A stretch of DNA of 64,000 nucleotides from Flectonema sp. DT1601. Its lineage: Eukaryota. The position numbers and the translations under genes are program-made. This document shows positions 1 through 11,404 of this stretch, piece after piece. A model generated the notes under the pieces. It was not told the origin of the DNA. It made no database searches and was given only the letters and a program-made list of their open reading frames with translations. Where the stretch lies: contig OZ025797.1 in the NCBI GenBank assembly GCA_964019425.1, positions 62,001 through 126,000 of the forward strand, written 5' to 3'. The stretch's first letter is position 1. The number at the start of each line of letters is the position of its first letter.

Positions 1-158
1 AAATCGTCTATGACTTTTCGAGAGGCAGCGTGTACCTGTTTTCAAAAGATATTAAATCACAGCTGTTAGACTCTAATCGTGTAACCCTCCCAACTTGATA
101 GGTTTGCAACACTTATACAGAAGTGTCTGCTACTAACATATATTAGAAAAAAAGAATT

Positions 159-1304
159 TCACACCTGAGAATTTTCTACCAGCTCTGCTTCCATGTTTTC
201 ACGCGAGACAGCTGCTTCGGTCAGTTCAGCATTTAAGGTGTCTACCTGAACTTCTAATTCCTTCACACGGAATTGCAACTCGGAGTCACCGTACTGCGCT
301 GATAATAATGCAGCATTGAGTTTTTCTTCAGTAGATGAATGTTCATTTTTGAGTTGTTGGAATTTTATCTGCCACGTTTCCTGCGCCTGCAGCGCAGCAG
401 AACGATCCGCATCTAGTGCTGCTAACTTCACGAAATGAATTTCGTCATTCTGCTTCAGCTGTTCTGTTTCTATTTGAGAATTCTTCAACTCAATGCGGAG
501 TTCCTGAAGTTCAGCATTTAGCTGAGCTGCTTTTTCTTCTGCGAGTGCTTTGCCAGACAGCAAATCTCTGAGAACCGCTTCAGCCTTCTTTGTGATAGAC
601 TCTCCTTCTTGTAGAGTAAATAACGGACCTAAAAGAGATCGAAGGCACTGTTCAAGAGTTTGAATCTCTCTGTAGAATGCAGCGAGTTTGGCGTGAGCAT
701 CCGTGTTTGCAGAATCAGCATTTGCCAGTTGCTGACGAAGCTGTGCGGCTTCTTCTACACAGCCGTTAGCGGCGTGTTCCTCCCTCAGGTATCCCAAGTC
801 TCGACCTAGTTCTGCCGTCTTTGAATCAGATGCGCGTTGTAGTTCCCTCGCTCTGTCTAAAGAAGCTTTCAATTCCATCACTTCAGCAATAGCTTCGTCA
901 TAGGCTAGTTGTAAGTTCATAATCTTACCCTGAGACATTATCTCATCACCAGCTCTCTTTTGAAGGGCATTTCTCTCACCGATGACTTCATGAAGTTCTC
1001 GCTGCAGATCAGCGACATTTGCTGACAAACCTCTTTCAGGATCAGGTGTTGGATTTGCTCCACTTCTCGGTGTGTTAACGAGACCTTCCGGAGTCTGACT
1101 AACCGCGTTCAGATGGAGGAGTTTGGCTCGAGAATTTTGTGGTGGATTCGTAACGGGTGGTCCAGGTGGAACTGCGACCCCCTCACGTGACATCCAGAGT
1201 CTCCACACCTCATGACTGTGAGGGAGAAATGGATTCGGTGCGTAGCCCTCAACAGGGTTACTGGGAGGTGACGGCTGCGGTTTCGCAACTGCCCGAGAGA
1301 GCAT
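159..1304 (-). CDS. Coiled-coil protein with Pro-rich N-terminus; may continue past the window edge through an intron (36-164)
   Basis: 381-aa ORF with heptad-like E/Q/L/A composition. It ends CAG|GTGTGA, and a TTTTGAAAACAG acceptor at 36 would resume in frame (VHAASRKVIDD). Confidence 0.7.
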   Translation of the reverse strand: MLSRAVAKPQPSPPSNPVEGYAPNPFLPHSHEVWRLWMSREGVAVPPGPPVTNPPQNSRAKLLHLNAVSQTPEGLVNTPRSGANPTPDPERGLSANVADLQRELHEVIGERNALQKRAGDEIMSQGKIMNLQLAYDEAIAEVMELKASLDRARELQRASDSKTAELGRDLGYLREEHAANGCVEEAAQLRQQLANADSANTDAHAKLAAFYREIQTLEQCLRSLLGPLFTLQEGESITKKAEAVLRDLLSGKALAEEKAAQLNAELQELRIELKNSQIETEQLKQNDEIHFVKLAALDADRSAALQAQETWQIKFQQLKNEHSSTEEKLNAALLSAQYGDSELQFRVKELEVQVDTLNAELTEAAVSRENMEAELVENSQV

Positions 1305-1938
1305 TTGATGCTGCTGATAAAAAGAATTAAATTAACAAAACACATCAACATGAGAACACCCTCCTGTCTACCCTCTCAATTCATATTTGAAACTATATTA
1401 AGAACAGGAATAATAAGAAAAGTATTATCGCTTAAACACATACTCAAGTGCAGCAAAATGCGTTGAGAGAGATTGGGGAAGGTAGTCAGTTCAGCAGGCT
1501 CACAATATCTTACGGAGATTAAGAATACCCTTAGCAAATGAGAATATCCTTGATTCCTCCCTAATATAAGCCAAGTCTTACCCTGGAACTATCGATTGAG
1601 TGAGGTATTAAATTTCGACCTCGGGAACAACGGGAGAGGAGATAAAAGGATTTTCTATTCTTTTTTTTTTCTTTTTTTTATTTATTACTCATTTTTTTTT
1701 TATTTTTTTTTTTTTTTTTAAATTTAAGATACGCTACTCCCAGAAAACTTTTTTTTTTTTTTCTTTAAATGGGGGAATTGGTTCTATCTGTAAATATTAC
1801 CAAAGAGTAAACCACTCTATAACAGAGCATCAAAGTGATCGATAGGGTACTACTCTAAAAATCCCACAATCAGCAAATTACAATTAAATCACACCAGCAA
1901 AGAATTGTCTCATTGTGACCTTTAATGTTTCGTGACAA

Positions 1939-1973
<35 letters not shown>

Positions 1974-2847
1974 GCTAAACCCAAGAAGGACAAGGGGACA
2001 TAGAGGATGGGAGGGAAGGGTTAAGTTAGCATGACGCAATGAATCACAATGAAGGATACATTCAATATTATTATTACTTCTTTTATACATTCCGCGAAGA
2101 AAACACATTCAGGCAATTTTTTTTGCTTTTCTTAATCAACCACTTTCTATGAGAAAACTAATATTTTTTTTTTTTTTTTTAATTATTAATCAACTACAGC
2201 TGTCAGAGCAACAAAAGAAGATTTTAAAAAACGGTACTCGTGCAAAAGAAAAACCTGTTTGCCGCTACGAATAATATAAAATGAGATGAGCGTACTAATA
2301 AGTTCTTATTTTTTTTTCTTTAAATTTTTTTTAATAGCAGTTAATGTAGTCGAAGGGCTGCAGTGAAAAAGAATAAAATTCTTTTTTTTTTTTTTTTTTT
2401 AATGAGTATTTTGAGAGAATACAAAATAATAAATAAATAAATAAGGGAAACAAGAGCAGCTTGCAACATTGCAAACCAACAGGGAATAAAATATTGTCTT
2501 GATGAACAAAAAGAGAAAAAGGGATTTGAGTAATGTTCGAATAAAAAATGAGAAATAGATCCGCTCTATCTAGTGCAGTTAAGCAACCACTTGTTGAACT
2601 CCTTGATGGTACTTCAGTCTGTGAACTTATCAAATAATCTTTCATTCCAAGTTTGATACATTCTTCATATTCTTCTTGACAGTAGTGGCGAGCAAGAAAC
2701 TCAAACACTTCGTACGAGGAGTTCTTCAAGTGTGGGGGGATTCTATTTCCATAATAATCATCAAACAAAACAAAAACTTGAAAGGGAAAAGGGAATGAGG
2801 GAAATTCGTTTTTGTTGTTTTCATTTTCTCATTTTACCGGATGACGA

Positions 2848-3441
2848 TTAGAGGTTTTGTTTACCGTTCGAAGGGACACCATATCCATCATTTACCATAG
2901 GTTGGTACTGCTGTGGTTGTTGCTGAACGATAGTAGTTGTATTGGAACTTCTCCTGCACATGCAAACAATGCAGACAACGATTAAGATACAGCACACGAT
3001 ACCTCCAACGATTAGTGCAATAAGAATTCCAACAGCGAGTGATGCAACATCTTCGGCTGTGATACCGTCGTATACGTACTTACCATTGTTTAGAGTAACC
3101 TTGCAAGTGCCACTTCCGTCGACAAGAGCAACAGTGACAGTTCTGAGAGCTGAGCTATTTGGAAGTTTTTCCTTCTTTTTGTACGAAACTACTTTTCCAG
3201 CAGATAGATTACTAATAGTGCTAGTCTTCGCAGACCATGGGTAAACAACAACAAGAGTTGCACCTGAGCATGAGCTCACTGATTTAAGACTAAAGTCGAA
3301 AGATATCAAATCATCACCACCAAAAGTAGACAGGAGATAAGTACTTTTAAATGCACTTCCACCTAACTTCGTAGTCGTCGGGTAAATAGTTCTGCTACTT
3401 GCCGATAAAATAGTTGCAGCAATGAGAAGAACAGCTGACAT
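2848..3441 (-). CDS. Small type-I membrane protein, copy 1
   Basis: Signal-peptide-like MSAVLLIAATILSASS, long Cys-rich TM (LAVGILIALIVGGIVCCILIVVCIVCMC), RR stop-transfer, Q-rich tail. Confidence 0.85.
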   Translation of the reverse strand: MSAVLLIAATILSASSRTIYPTTTKLGGSAFKSTYLLSTFGGDDLISFDFSLKSVSSCSGATLVVVYPWSAKTSTISNLSAGKVVSYKKKEKLPNSSALRTVTVALVDGSGTCKVTLNNGKYVYDGITAEDVASLAVGILIALIVGGIVCCILIVVCIVCMCRRSSNTTTIVQQQPQQYQPMVNDGYGVPSNGKQNL

Positions 3442-4085
3442 TTTCTTGTGTGTTACGAATTGATTTCAAACTGTTTTCGTGAAAAGGGGGAATTACTTGG
3501 ACCTTAATAACCTAAGAAACAGAATACATTCCGAGCCTTGCCCAGTACGGGTCAGGTGTGTCTACAAGCCAATCATTAGCAGTGTCTGTAAGAATGAGAA
3601 ATTATTTTGATTCGCACTTTTTTCCCCCTTTTTTTGTACATAATAGTCAACAAACATGAATTAAAAAAATAATAGTTAGAATATGAGATAATTGTCACAT
3701 TGTGACCTATGAGTTAATGTTTTGTGACAACTTTCTTTTTACAATTTATGCTAAACTCAAGAAGGACAAGAAAACATAAGGACGGGAGGAAAGGTCAATC
3801 AAGTATTTATTTTATTACATTTTTACAAAACAACTACAGATGTCAGAGCTAAGAAGAAGTTTCCTAGTCAAAACCATTTTTACTGTTTGTGTTTATTAAC
3901 AAAACATATTTGACGCTACGAATAATATAAAATGAGATGAGCGTACTAATAAGTTTTTATTATGTTTTCTTTAAATTATTTTTAATAGCAGTTAATGTAG
4001 TCGAAGGGCTGCAGTGAAAAAGAATAAAATTCTCTTTTTTTTTTTCAATGAGTCTTCATTATGAGAGAATACAAAATAATTGATA

Positions 4086-5418
4086 CTGTAATTATAAATA
4101 TCACGGTGTATAAAAAATTTGGAGTATAACAACTTTGGATATAAAAAAGATGGTGGATTCTCGAAAAAAAAACTTGGTGGATTTTTATAAAAAAGTATGA
4201 AAGTACACATTTTGACTGTAAAATGGTAGTTTTTGAATATGAAATCTTTCACACTATTTTTTGAAAAAACGGGATCCTTTTGAACCCCTGAGGACGTCTG
4301 ATAAGCATACTTCAACACGACCCCTGATAAGCATACTCCAACACGGACCATAAGAAGAGATCAACAGTGCAGGCAGGGCAATGAAGCTCTTTGTTGAGGA
4401 ACACAAGAGGAAGACGAAGGGAGAACCACTAGAAGGGCAGGTGAAATCTGGGAGACCAACCATCTTAACCACTGATGAGGAAGCGGGTGCTCGATTTAAT
4501 TGAGAATATCCGTGCCTATGGTGGCTGTGTGTTTGCTTCTCTTCTCTGGTTTTAAGCACAGGTGATACGCCGGAACGCGTGGATTCTGGTTCCCTACAAG
4601 CAACATGGGCCTACAAGTCCCTGGAACGGAAGGGTTGGATACCGTCTTGGAACCACTGCGAAAGTAGCGCCTGAAGTAGAACTCCTATCAGCTCGGTCAA
4701 GGTTTCTGGAGCAATAGTCCCATACTTTATTAAAAAACGCTCCAATCGGATCACCCTGGCCTCGCAGTATATGACCAGTTTAGGGGGCAGATAACTGAGG
4801 AAGTCCTTCGTCGATTTGAAGAAGCCAATATCACGGTTATACTGGTGCAAGGCGGATGGACTTCTCATCTCCGGCCGCTGGATCTAACTGTCATGGCCAA
4901 CTTCAAAGAAGAATCAAGCTTTCTTTGGAGAGTGGCTGACAGAGCAGATGCGCAAGCGGGAGGAAAAGTTGAAAAAAATCAAAAAAAAAAAAGCAAAAAG
5001 CTGAAGAAACTCTAAAGCGCGCTGCGAAAGGGAAGGGTCCAAAAGGAGCTCCTGAATCCGAACCCATGTCAAAATGGATGAAGGAGCTCACAAAAACGAA
5101 GAACATTCGAGGGCCGCAAATTGGGTGGATAGTGACAGCCCTTGATAGCATTACGAAAAATACTATCATGGTTGTAAAAGCAGGTATTGTCAATCCTGCA
5201 AATCCACCCGAGCTCCTGAAGTCCGTAGTTGTGAACATGAGTTCATCATTCAAAAAAAAGGTCAAAAAAAAAATTTTTTTTTCTGGAATCCGAATTTTGC
5301 TAAGTGTTTTCTGTGAATGATTGTACTAAAAAAACTTTGGATATAATAAAGATGGTGGATTTGGCCATTTTTTGGAGATTCGGAGACTTTTTATACACCA
5401 TGATATATATAATTACGG
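4086..5418 (+). mobile_element. Decayed pogo-like (Tc1/mariner superfamily) DNA transposon, copy A (internal deletion)
   Basis: ~31-bp TIRs (ctgtaattataaatatcacggtgtataaaaa / tttttatacaccatgatatatataattacgg) flanked by TA. Empty site visible in unit 1 (~2436). Frameshifted transposase motifs GRPTILTTDEE, LAVYDQFRGQ, GWTSHLRPLDLTVMANFK. Confidence 0.88.
4380..5200 (+). pseudogene. Frameshifted DDE_1/CENP-B-type transposase remnant
   Basis: HTH-like GRPTILTTDEE..VLDLIENIRAYGGCV and DDE-region ITVILVQGGWTSHLRPLD lie in different frames, with stops between them. Confidence 0.8.
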
Positions 5419-5816
5419 TAAATAAGGGAAACAAGGCGGCTTGCAACATTGCAAACCAACAGGGAATAAAATATTGTCTTGATGAACAAAAAGAGAAAAA
5501 GGGATTTGAGTAATGTTCGAATAAAATGAGAAATAGATCCGCTCTATCTAGTGCAGTTAAGCAATTACTTGTTGAACTCCCTGATGGTACTTCAGTCTGT
5601 GAACTTATCAACTAATCTTTCATTCCAAGTTTGATACATTCTTCATATTCTTCTTGACAGTAGTGGCGAGCAAGAAACTCAAACACTTCGTACGTTCTTC
5701 AAGTGTGGGGGGATTCTATTTCCATAATAATCATCAAACAAAACAAAAACTTGAAAGGGAAACAGGAAAGAGGGAAATTCGTTTTTGTTGTTTTCATTTT
5801 CTCAGCTAATTAACGA

Positions 5817-6407
5817 TCAGAAGTTTACTTTACCGTTTGAAGGGACACCATATCCATCATTTACCATAGGTTGGTACTGTGGTTGCTGCTGAACGACTGT
5901 AGTTGTATTGGAACTTCTCCTGCACATGCAAACAATGCAGACAACGATTAAGATACAGCACACGATACCTCCAACGATTAGTGCAATAAGAATTCCAACA
6001 GCGAGTGATGCAACATCTTCGGCTGTGACACCGTCGTATACGTACTTACCATTGTTTAGAGTAACCTTGCAAGTGCCACTTCCGTCGACAAGAGCAACAG
6101 TGACAGTTCTGAGAGCTGAGCTATTTGGAAGTTTTTCCTTCTTTTTGTACGAAACTACTTTTCCAGCAGATAGATTACTAATAGTGCTAGTCTTCGCAGA
6201 CCATGGGTAAATAACAGTAAGAGTTGCACCTGAGCATGAGCTCACTGATTTTAGACTAAAGTCGAAAGATATCAAATCATCACCACCAAAAGTAGACAGG
6301 AGATAAGTACTTTTAAATGCACTTCCACCTAACTTCGTAGTCGTCGGGTAAATAGTTCTGCTACTTGCCGATAAAATAGTTGCAGCAATGAGAAGAACAG
6401 CTGACAT
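5817..6407 (-). CDS. Small type-I membrane protein, copy 2
   Basis: 196 aa, near-identical to copy 1. Confidence 0.85.
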   Translation of the reverse strand: MSAVLLIAATILSASSRTIYPTTTKLGGSAFKSTYLLSTFGGDDLISFDFSLKSVSSCSGATLTVIYPWSAKTSTISNLSAGKVVSYKKKEKLPNSSALRTVTVALVDGSGTCKVTLNNGKYVYDGVTAEDVASLAVGILIALIVGGIVCCILIVVCIVCMCRRSSNTTTVVQQQPQYQPMVNDGYGVPSNGKVNF

Positions 6408-7050
6408 TTTCTTGTGTGTTACGAATTGATTTCAAACTGTTTTCGTGAAAAGGGGGAATTACTTGGACCTTAATAACCTAAGAAACAGAATACATTCCGA
6501 GCCTTGCCCAGTACGGGTCAGGTGTGTCTACAAGCCAATCATTAGCAGTGTCTGTAAGAATGAGAAATTATTTTGATTCGCACTTTTTCCCCCTTTTTTT
6601 GTACATAATAGTCAACAAACATGAATTAAAAAAATAATAGTTAGAATATGAGATAATTGTCACATTGTGACCTATGAGTTAATGTGTTGTGACAGCTTTC
6701 TTTTTACAATTTATGCTAAACTCAAGAAGGACAAGAAAACATAAGGACGGGAGGAAAGGTCAATCAAGTATTTATTTTATTACATTTTTACAAAACAACT
6801 ACAGATGTCAGAGCTAAGAAGAAGTTTCCTAGTCAAAACCATTTTTACTGTTTGTGTTTATTAACAAAACATATTTGACGCTACGAATAATATAAAATGA
6901 GATGAGCGTACTAATAAGTTTTTATTATTTTTTCTTTAAATTATTTTTAATAGCAGTTAATGTAGTCGAAGGGCTGCAGTGAAAAAGAATAAAATTCTCT
7001 TTTTTTTTTTCAATGAGTCTTCATTATGAGAGAATACAAAATAATTAATA

Positions 7051-8709
7051 CTGTAATTATAAATATCACGGTGTATAAAAAATTTGGAGTATAACAACTT
7101 TGGATATAAAAAAGATGGTGGATTCTCGAAAAAAAAACTTGGTGGATTTTTATAAAAAAGTATGAAAGTACACATTTTGACTGTAAAATGGTAGTTTTTG
7201 AATATGAAATCTTTCACACTATTTTTTGAAAAAACGGGATCCTTTTGAACCCCTGAGGACGTCTGATAAGCATACTTCAACACGACCCCTGATAAGCATA
7301 CTTCAACACGGACCATAAGAAGAGATCAACAGTGCAGGCAGGGCAATGAAGCTCTTTGTTGAGGAACACAAGAGGAAGACGAAGGGAGAACCACTAGAAG
7401 GGCAGGTGAAATCTGGGAGACCAACCATCTTAACCACTGATGAGGAAGCGGGTGCTCGATTTAATTGAGAATATCCGTGCCTATGGTGGCTGTGTGTTTG
7501 CTTCTCTTCTCTGGTTTTAAGCACAGGTGATATGCCGGAACGCGTGGATTCCGGTTCCCTACAAGCAACATGGGCCTACAAGTCCCTGGAACGGAAGGGT
7601 TGGATACCGTCTTGGAACCACTGCGAAAGTAGCGCCTGAAGTAGAACTCCTATCAGCTCGGTCAAGGTTTCTGGAGCAATAGTCCCATACTTTATTAAAA
7701 AACGCTCCAATCGGATCACCCTGGCCTCGCAGTATATGACCAGTTTAGGGGGCAGATAACTGAGGAAGTCCTTCGTCGATTTGAAGAAGCCAATATCACG
7801 GTTATACTGGTGCAAGGCGGATGGACTTCTCATCTCCGGCCGCTGGATCTAACTGTCATGGCCAACTTCAAAGAAGAATCAAGCTTTCTTTGGAGAGTGG
7901 CTGACAGAGCAGATGCGCAAGCGGGAGGAAAAGTTGAAAAAAATCAAAAAAAAAAAAGCAAAAAGCTGAAGAAACTCTAAAGCGCGCTGCGAAAGGGAAG
8001 GGTCCAAAAGGAGCTCCTGAATCCGAACCCATGTCAAAATGGATGAAGGAGCTCACAAAAACGAAGAACATTCGAGGGCCGCAAATTGGGTGGATAGTGA
8101 CAGCCCTTGATAGCATTACGAAAAATACTATCATGGTTGTAAAAGCAGGTATTGTCAATCCTGCAAATCCACCCGAGCTCCTGAAGTCCGTAGTTGTGAA
8201 CATGAGTTCATGTTTCTTAATACCGCACCTCAAACCTCGGTGGGGTCACACTGGCTACTGGCTATTACAACTATTGGAGAAGGGAACTCCTTAGTTGTAG
8301 TTGGCCTCGTCTAGACTGCATCACCAGCACTACTCCTTGCTGCTTTTAGGAATTTTGACATCATTCATTAAGACTGGTGTGCAACCAGCTACCAACAACG
8401 TTATTTGTGGATATGTTGTCCTGATATGTATCTGGAAGCAGCTTCAACATTCAAGACATCGTTATCCATCCCCCACCAGGTGGTACACAAGACCAGCCTG
8501 AGAACTTTAACCAGTTCAAAAATTTAGTATCAGAAAGTCAAAAAAAAAAGGTCAAAAAAAAAAATTTTTTTTTCTGGAATCCGAATTTTGCTAAGTGTTT
8601 TCTGTGAATGATTGTACTAAAAAAACTTTGGATATAATAAAGATGGTGGATTTGGCCATTTTTTGGAGATTCGGAGACTTTTTATACACCATGATATATA
8701 TAATTACGG
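7051..8709 (+). mobile_element. Decayed pogo-like DNA transposon, copy B (longer; retains protease-like segment ~8212-8538)
   Basis: Same TIRs, TA flanks and insertion site as copy A, plus ~330 bp absent from copy A. Confidence 0.88.
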
Positions 8710-9113
8710 TAAATAAGGGAAACAAGAGCAGCTTGCAACATTGCAAACCAACAGGGAATAAAATATTGTCTTGATGAACAAAAAGAGAAAAAAGGATTTG
8801 AGTAATGTTCGAATAAAATGAGAAATAGATCCGCTCTATCTAGTGCACTTAAGCAATCACTTGTCGAACTCCCTGATGGTACTTCAGTCTGTGAACTTAT
8901 CAAATAATCTTTCATTCCAAGTTTGATACATTCTTCATATTCTTCTTGACAGTAGTGGCGAGCAAGAAACTCAAACACTTCGTACGAGGAGTTCTTCAAG
9001 TGTGGGGGGATTCTATTTCCATAATAATCATCAAACAAAACAAAAACTTGAAAGGGAAAAGGGAAAGAGGGAAATTCGTTTTTGTTGTTTTCATTTTCTC
9101 AGCTAATTAACGA

Positions 9114-9704
9114 TCAGATGTTTACTTTACCGTTTGAAGGGACACGATATCCATCATTTACCATAGGTTGGTACTGTGGTTGTTGCTGAACGACTGTAGT
9201 TGTATTGGAACCTCTCCTGCACATGCAAACAATGCAGACAACGATTAAGATACAGCACACGATACCTCCAACGATTAGTGCAATAAGAATTCCAACAGCG
9301 AGTGATGCAACATCTTCGGCTGTGATACCGTCGTATACGTACTTACCATTGTTTAGAGTAATCTTGCAAGTGCCACTTCCGTCGACAAGAGCAACAGTGA
9401 CAGTTCTGAGAGCTGAGCTATTTGGAAGTTTTTCCTTCTTTTTGTACGAAACTACTTTTCCAGCAGATAGATTACTAATAGTGCTAGTCTTCCCAGACCA
9501 TGGGTAAATAACAGTAAGAGTTGCACCTGAGCATGAGCTCACTGATTTAAGACTAAAGTCGAAAGATATCAAATCATCACCACCAAAAGTAGACAGGAGA
9601 TAAGTACTTTTAAATGCACTTCCACCTAACTTCGTAGTCGTCGGGTAAATAGTTCTGCTACTTGCCGATAAAATAGTTGCAGCAATGAGAAGAACAGCTG
9701 ACAT
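9114..9704 (-). CDS. Small type-I membrane protein, copy 3
   Basis: 196 aa, near-identical to copy 2. Confidence 0.85.
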   Translation of the reverse strand: MSAVLLIAATILSASSRTIYPTTTKLGGSAFKSTYLLSTFGGDDLISFDFSLKSVSSCSGATLTVIYPWSGKTSTISNLSAGKVVSYKKKEKLPNSSALRTVTVALVDGSGTCKITLNNGKYVYDGITAEDVASLAVGILIALIVGGIVCCILIVVCIVCMCRRGSNTTTVVQQQPQYQPMVNDGYRVPSNGKVNI

Positions 9705-10807
9705 TTTCTTGTGTGTTACGAATTGATTTCAAACTGTTTTCGTGAAAAGGGGGAATTACTTGGACCTTAATAACCTAAGAAACAGAATACATTCCGAGCC
9801 TTGCCCAGTACGGGTCAGGTGTGTCTACAAGCCAATCATTAGCAGTGTCTGTAAGAATGAGAAATTATTTTGATTCGCACTTTTTTCCCCCTTTTTTTGT
9901 ACATAATAGTCAACAAACATGAATTAAAAAAATAATAGTTAGTTAGAGATAATTGTCACATTGTGACCTATGAGTTAATGTTTTGTGACAACTCTCTTTT
10001 TACAATTTATGCTAAACTCAAGAAGGACAAGAAAACATAAGGACGGGAGGAAAGGTCAATCAAGTATTTATTTTATTACATTTTTACAAAACAACTACAG
10101 ATGTCAGAGCTAAGAAGGTTTTTAGTCAAAACCAGTTTTACTGTTTGTGTTTATTAACAAAACATATTTGACGCTACGAATAATATGAGATTCATGAGCG
10201 TACTAATAAGTTTTTATTATTTTTTCTTTAAATTATTTTTAATAGCAGTTAATGTAGTCGAAGGGCTGCAGTGAAAAAGAATAAAATTCTCTTTTTTTTT
10301 TTTTTGCATTTAACAAATACTGTAAGTACGAAAAATCTCACAAGAATTCGACTGGTCAATTGCCAATGAGTCTTCATTACGAGAAAACACAAGAAAATAA
10401 ATAAAAAAGGGAAACAAGAGCAGCTTGCTACACTTGCAACCAACAGGGAATAAAATATTGTCTTGATGAACAAAAAGAGAAAAAGGGATTTGAGTAATGT
10501 TCGAATAAAAAATGAGAAATAGATCCGCTCTATCTAGTGCACTTAAGCAATCACTTGTCGAACTCCCTGATGGTACTTCAGTCTGTGAACTTATCAAATA
10601 ATCTTTCATTCCAAGTTTGATACATTCTTCATATTCTTCTTGACAGTAGTGGCGAGCAAGAAACTCAAACACTTCGTACGAGGAGTTCTTCAAGTGTGGG
10701 GGGATTCTATTTCCATAATAATCATCAAACAAAATAAAAACTTGAAAGGGAAACGGGAAAGAGGGAAATTCGTTTTTGTTGTTCTGATTTTCTCAGTTTA
10801 ATAACGA

Positions 10808-11404
10808 TCAGAGATGTGTTTTACCGTTCGGAGGGACACCATATCCATCATTTACCATAGGTTGGTACTGCTGTGGTTGCTGCTGAACGATAGTAGTTGT
10901 ATTGGAACTTCTCCTGCACATGCAAACAATGCAGACAACGATTAAGATACAGCACACGATACCTCCAACGATTAGTGCAATAAGAATTCCAACAGCGAGT
11001 GATGCAACATCTTCGGCTGTGATACCGTCGTATACTAACTTACCATTGTTTAGAGTAATCTTGCAATCGATACTTGTGCTATAAAGACCAACAGTGACAG
11101 TCTTCAAAGCTGAGCTATTTGGAAGTTTTTCCTTCTTTTTGTACGAAACTACTTTTCCAGCAGATAGATTATTAATAGTGTTAGTCTTCCCAGACCATGG
11201 GTAAACAACAACAAGATATGCACCTGAGCATGAGCTTACTGATTTAAGACTAAAGTCGAAAGATATCAAATCATCACCACCAAAAGTAGACAGGACATAA
11301 GAACTGTCAACAGTACCTCCAGCACTTAACGTCGTAGCCGTCGGGTAAATAGTTCTGCTACTTGCCGATAAAATAGTTGCAGCAATGAGAAGAACAGCTG
11401 ACAT
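10808..11404 (-). CDS. Small type-I membrane protein, copy 4 (divergent ectodomain)
   Basis: 198 aa; same architecture with two substituted ectodomain blocks. Confidence 0.85.
   Translation of the reverse strand: MSAVLLIAATILSASSRTIYPTATTLSAGGTVDSSYVLSTFGGDDLISFDFSLKSVSSCSGAYLVVVYPWSGKTNTINNLSAGKVVSYKKKEKLPNSSALKTVTVGLYSTSIDCKITLNNGKLVYDGITAEDVASLAVGILIALIVGGIVCCILIVVCIVCMCRRSSNTTTIVQQQPQQYQPMVNDGYGVPPNGKTHL

Noticed and set aside
2331..2768. Repeated ORF FDDYYGNRIPPH.. (also 8682, 10310)
   Set aside because: TTG start, deletion in unit 2 and inconsistent C-termini; likely 3' UTR or spacer.
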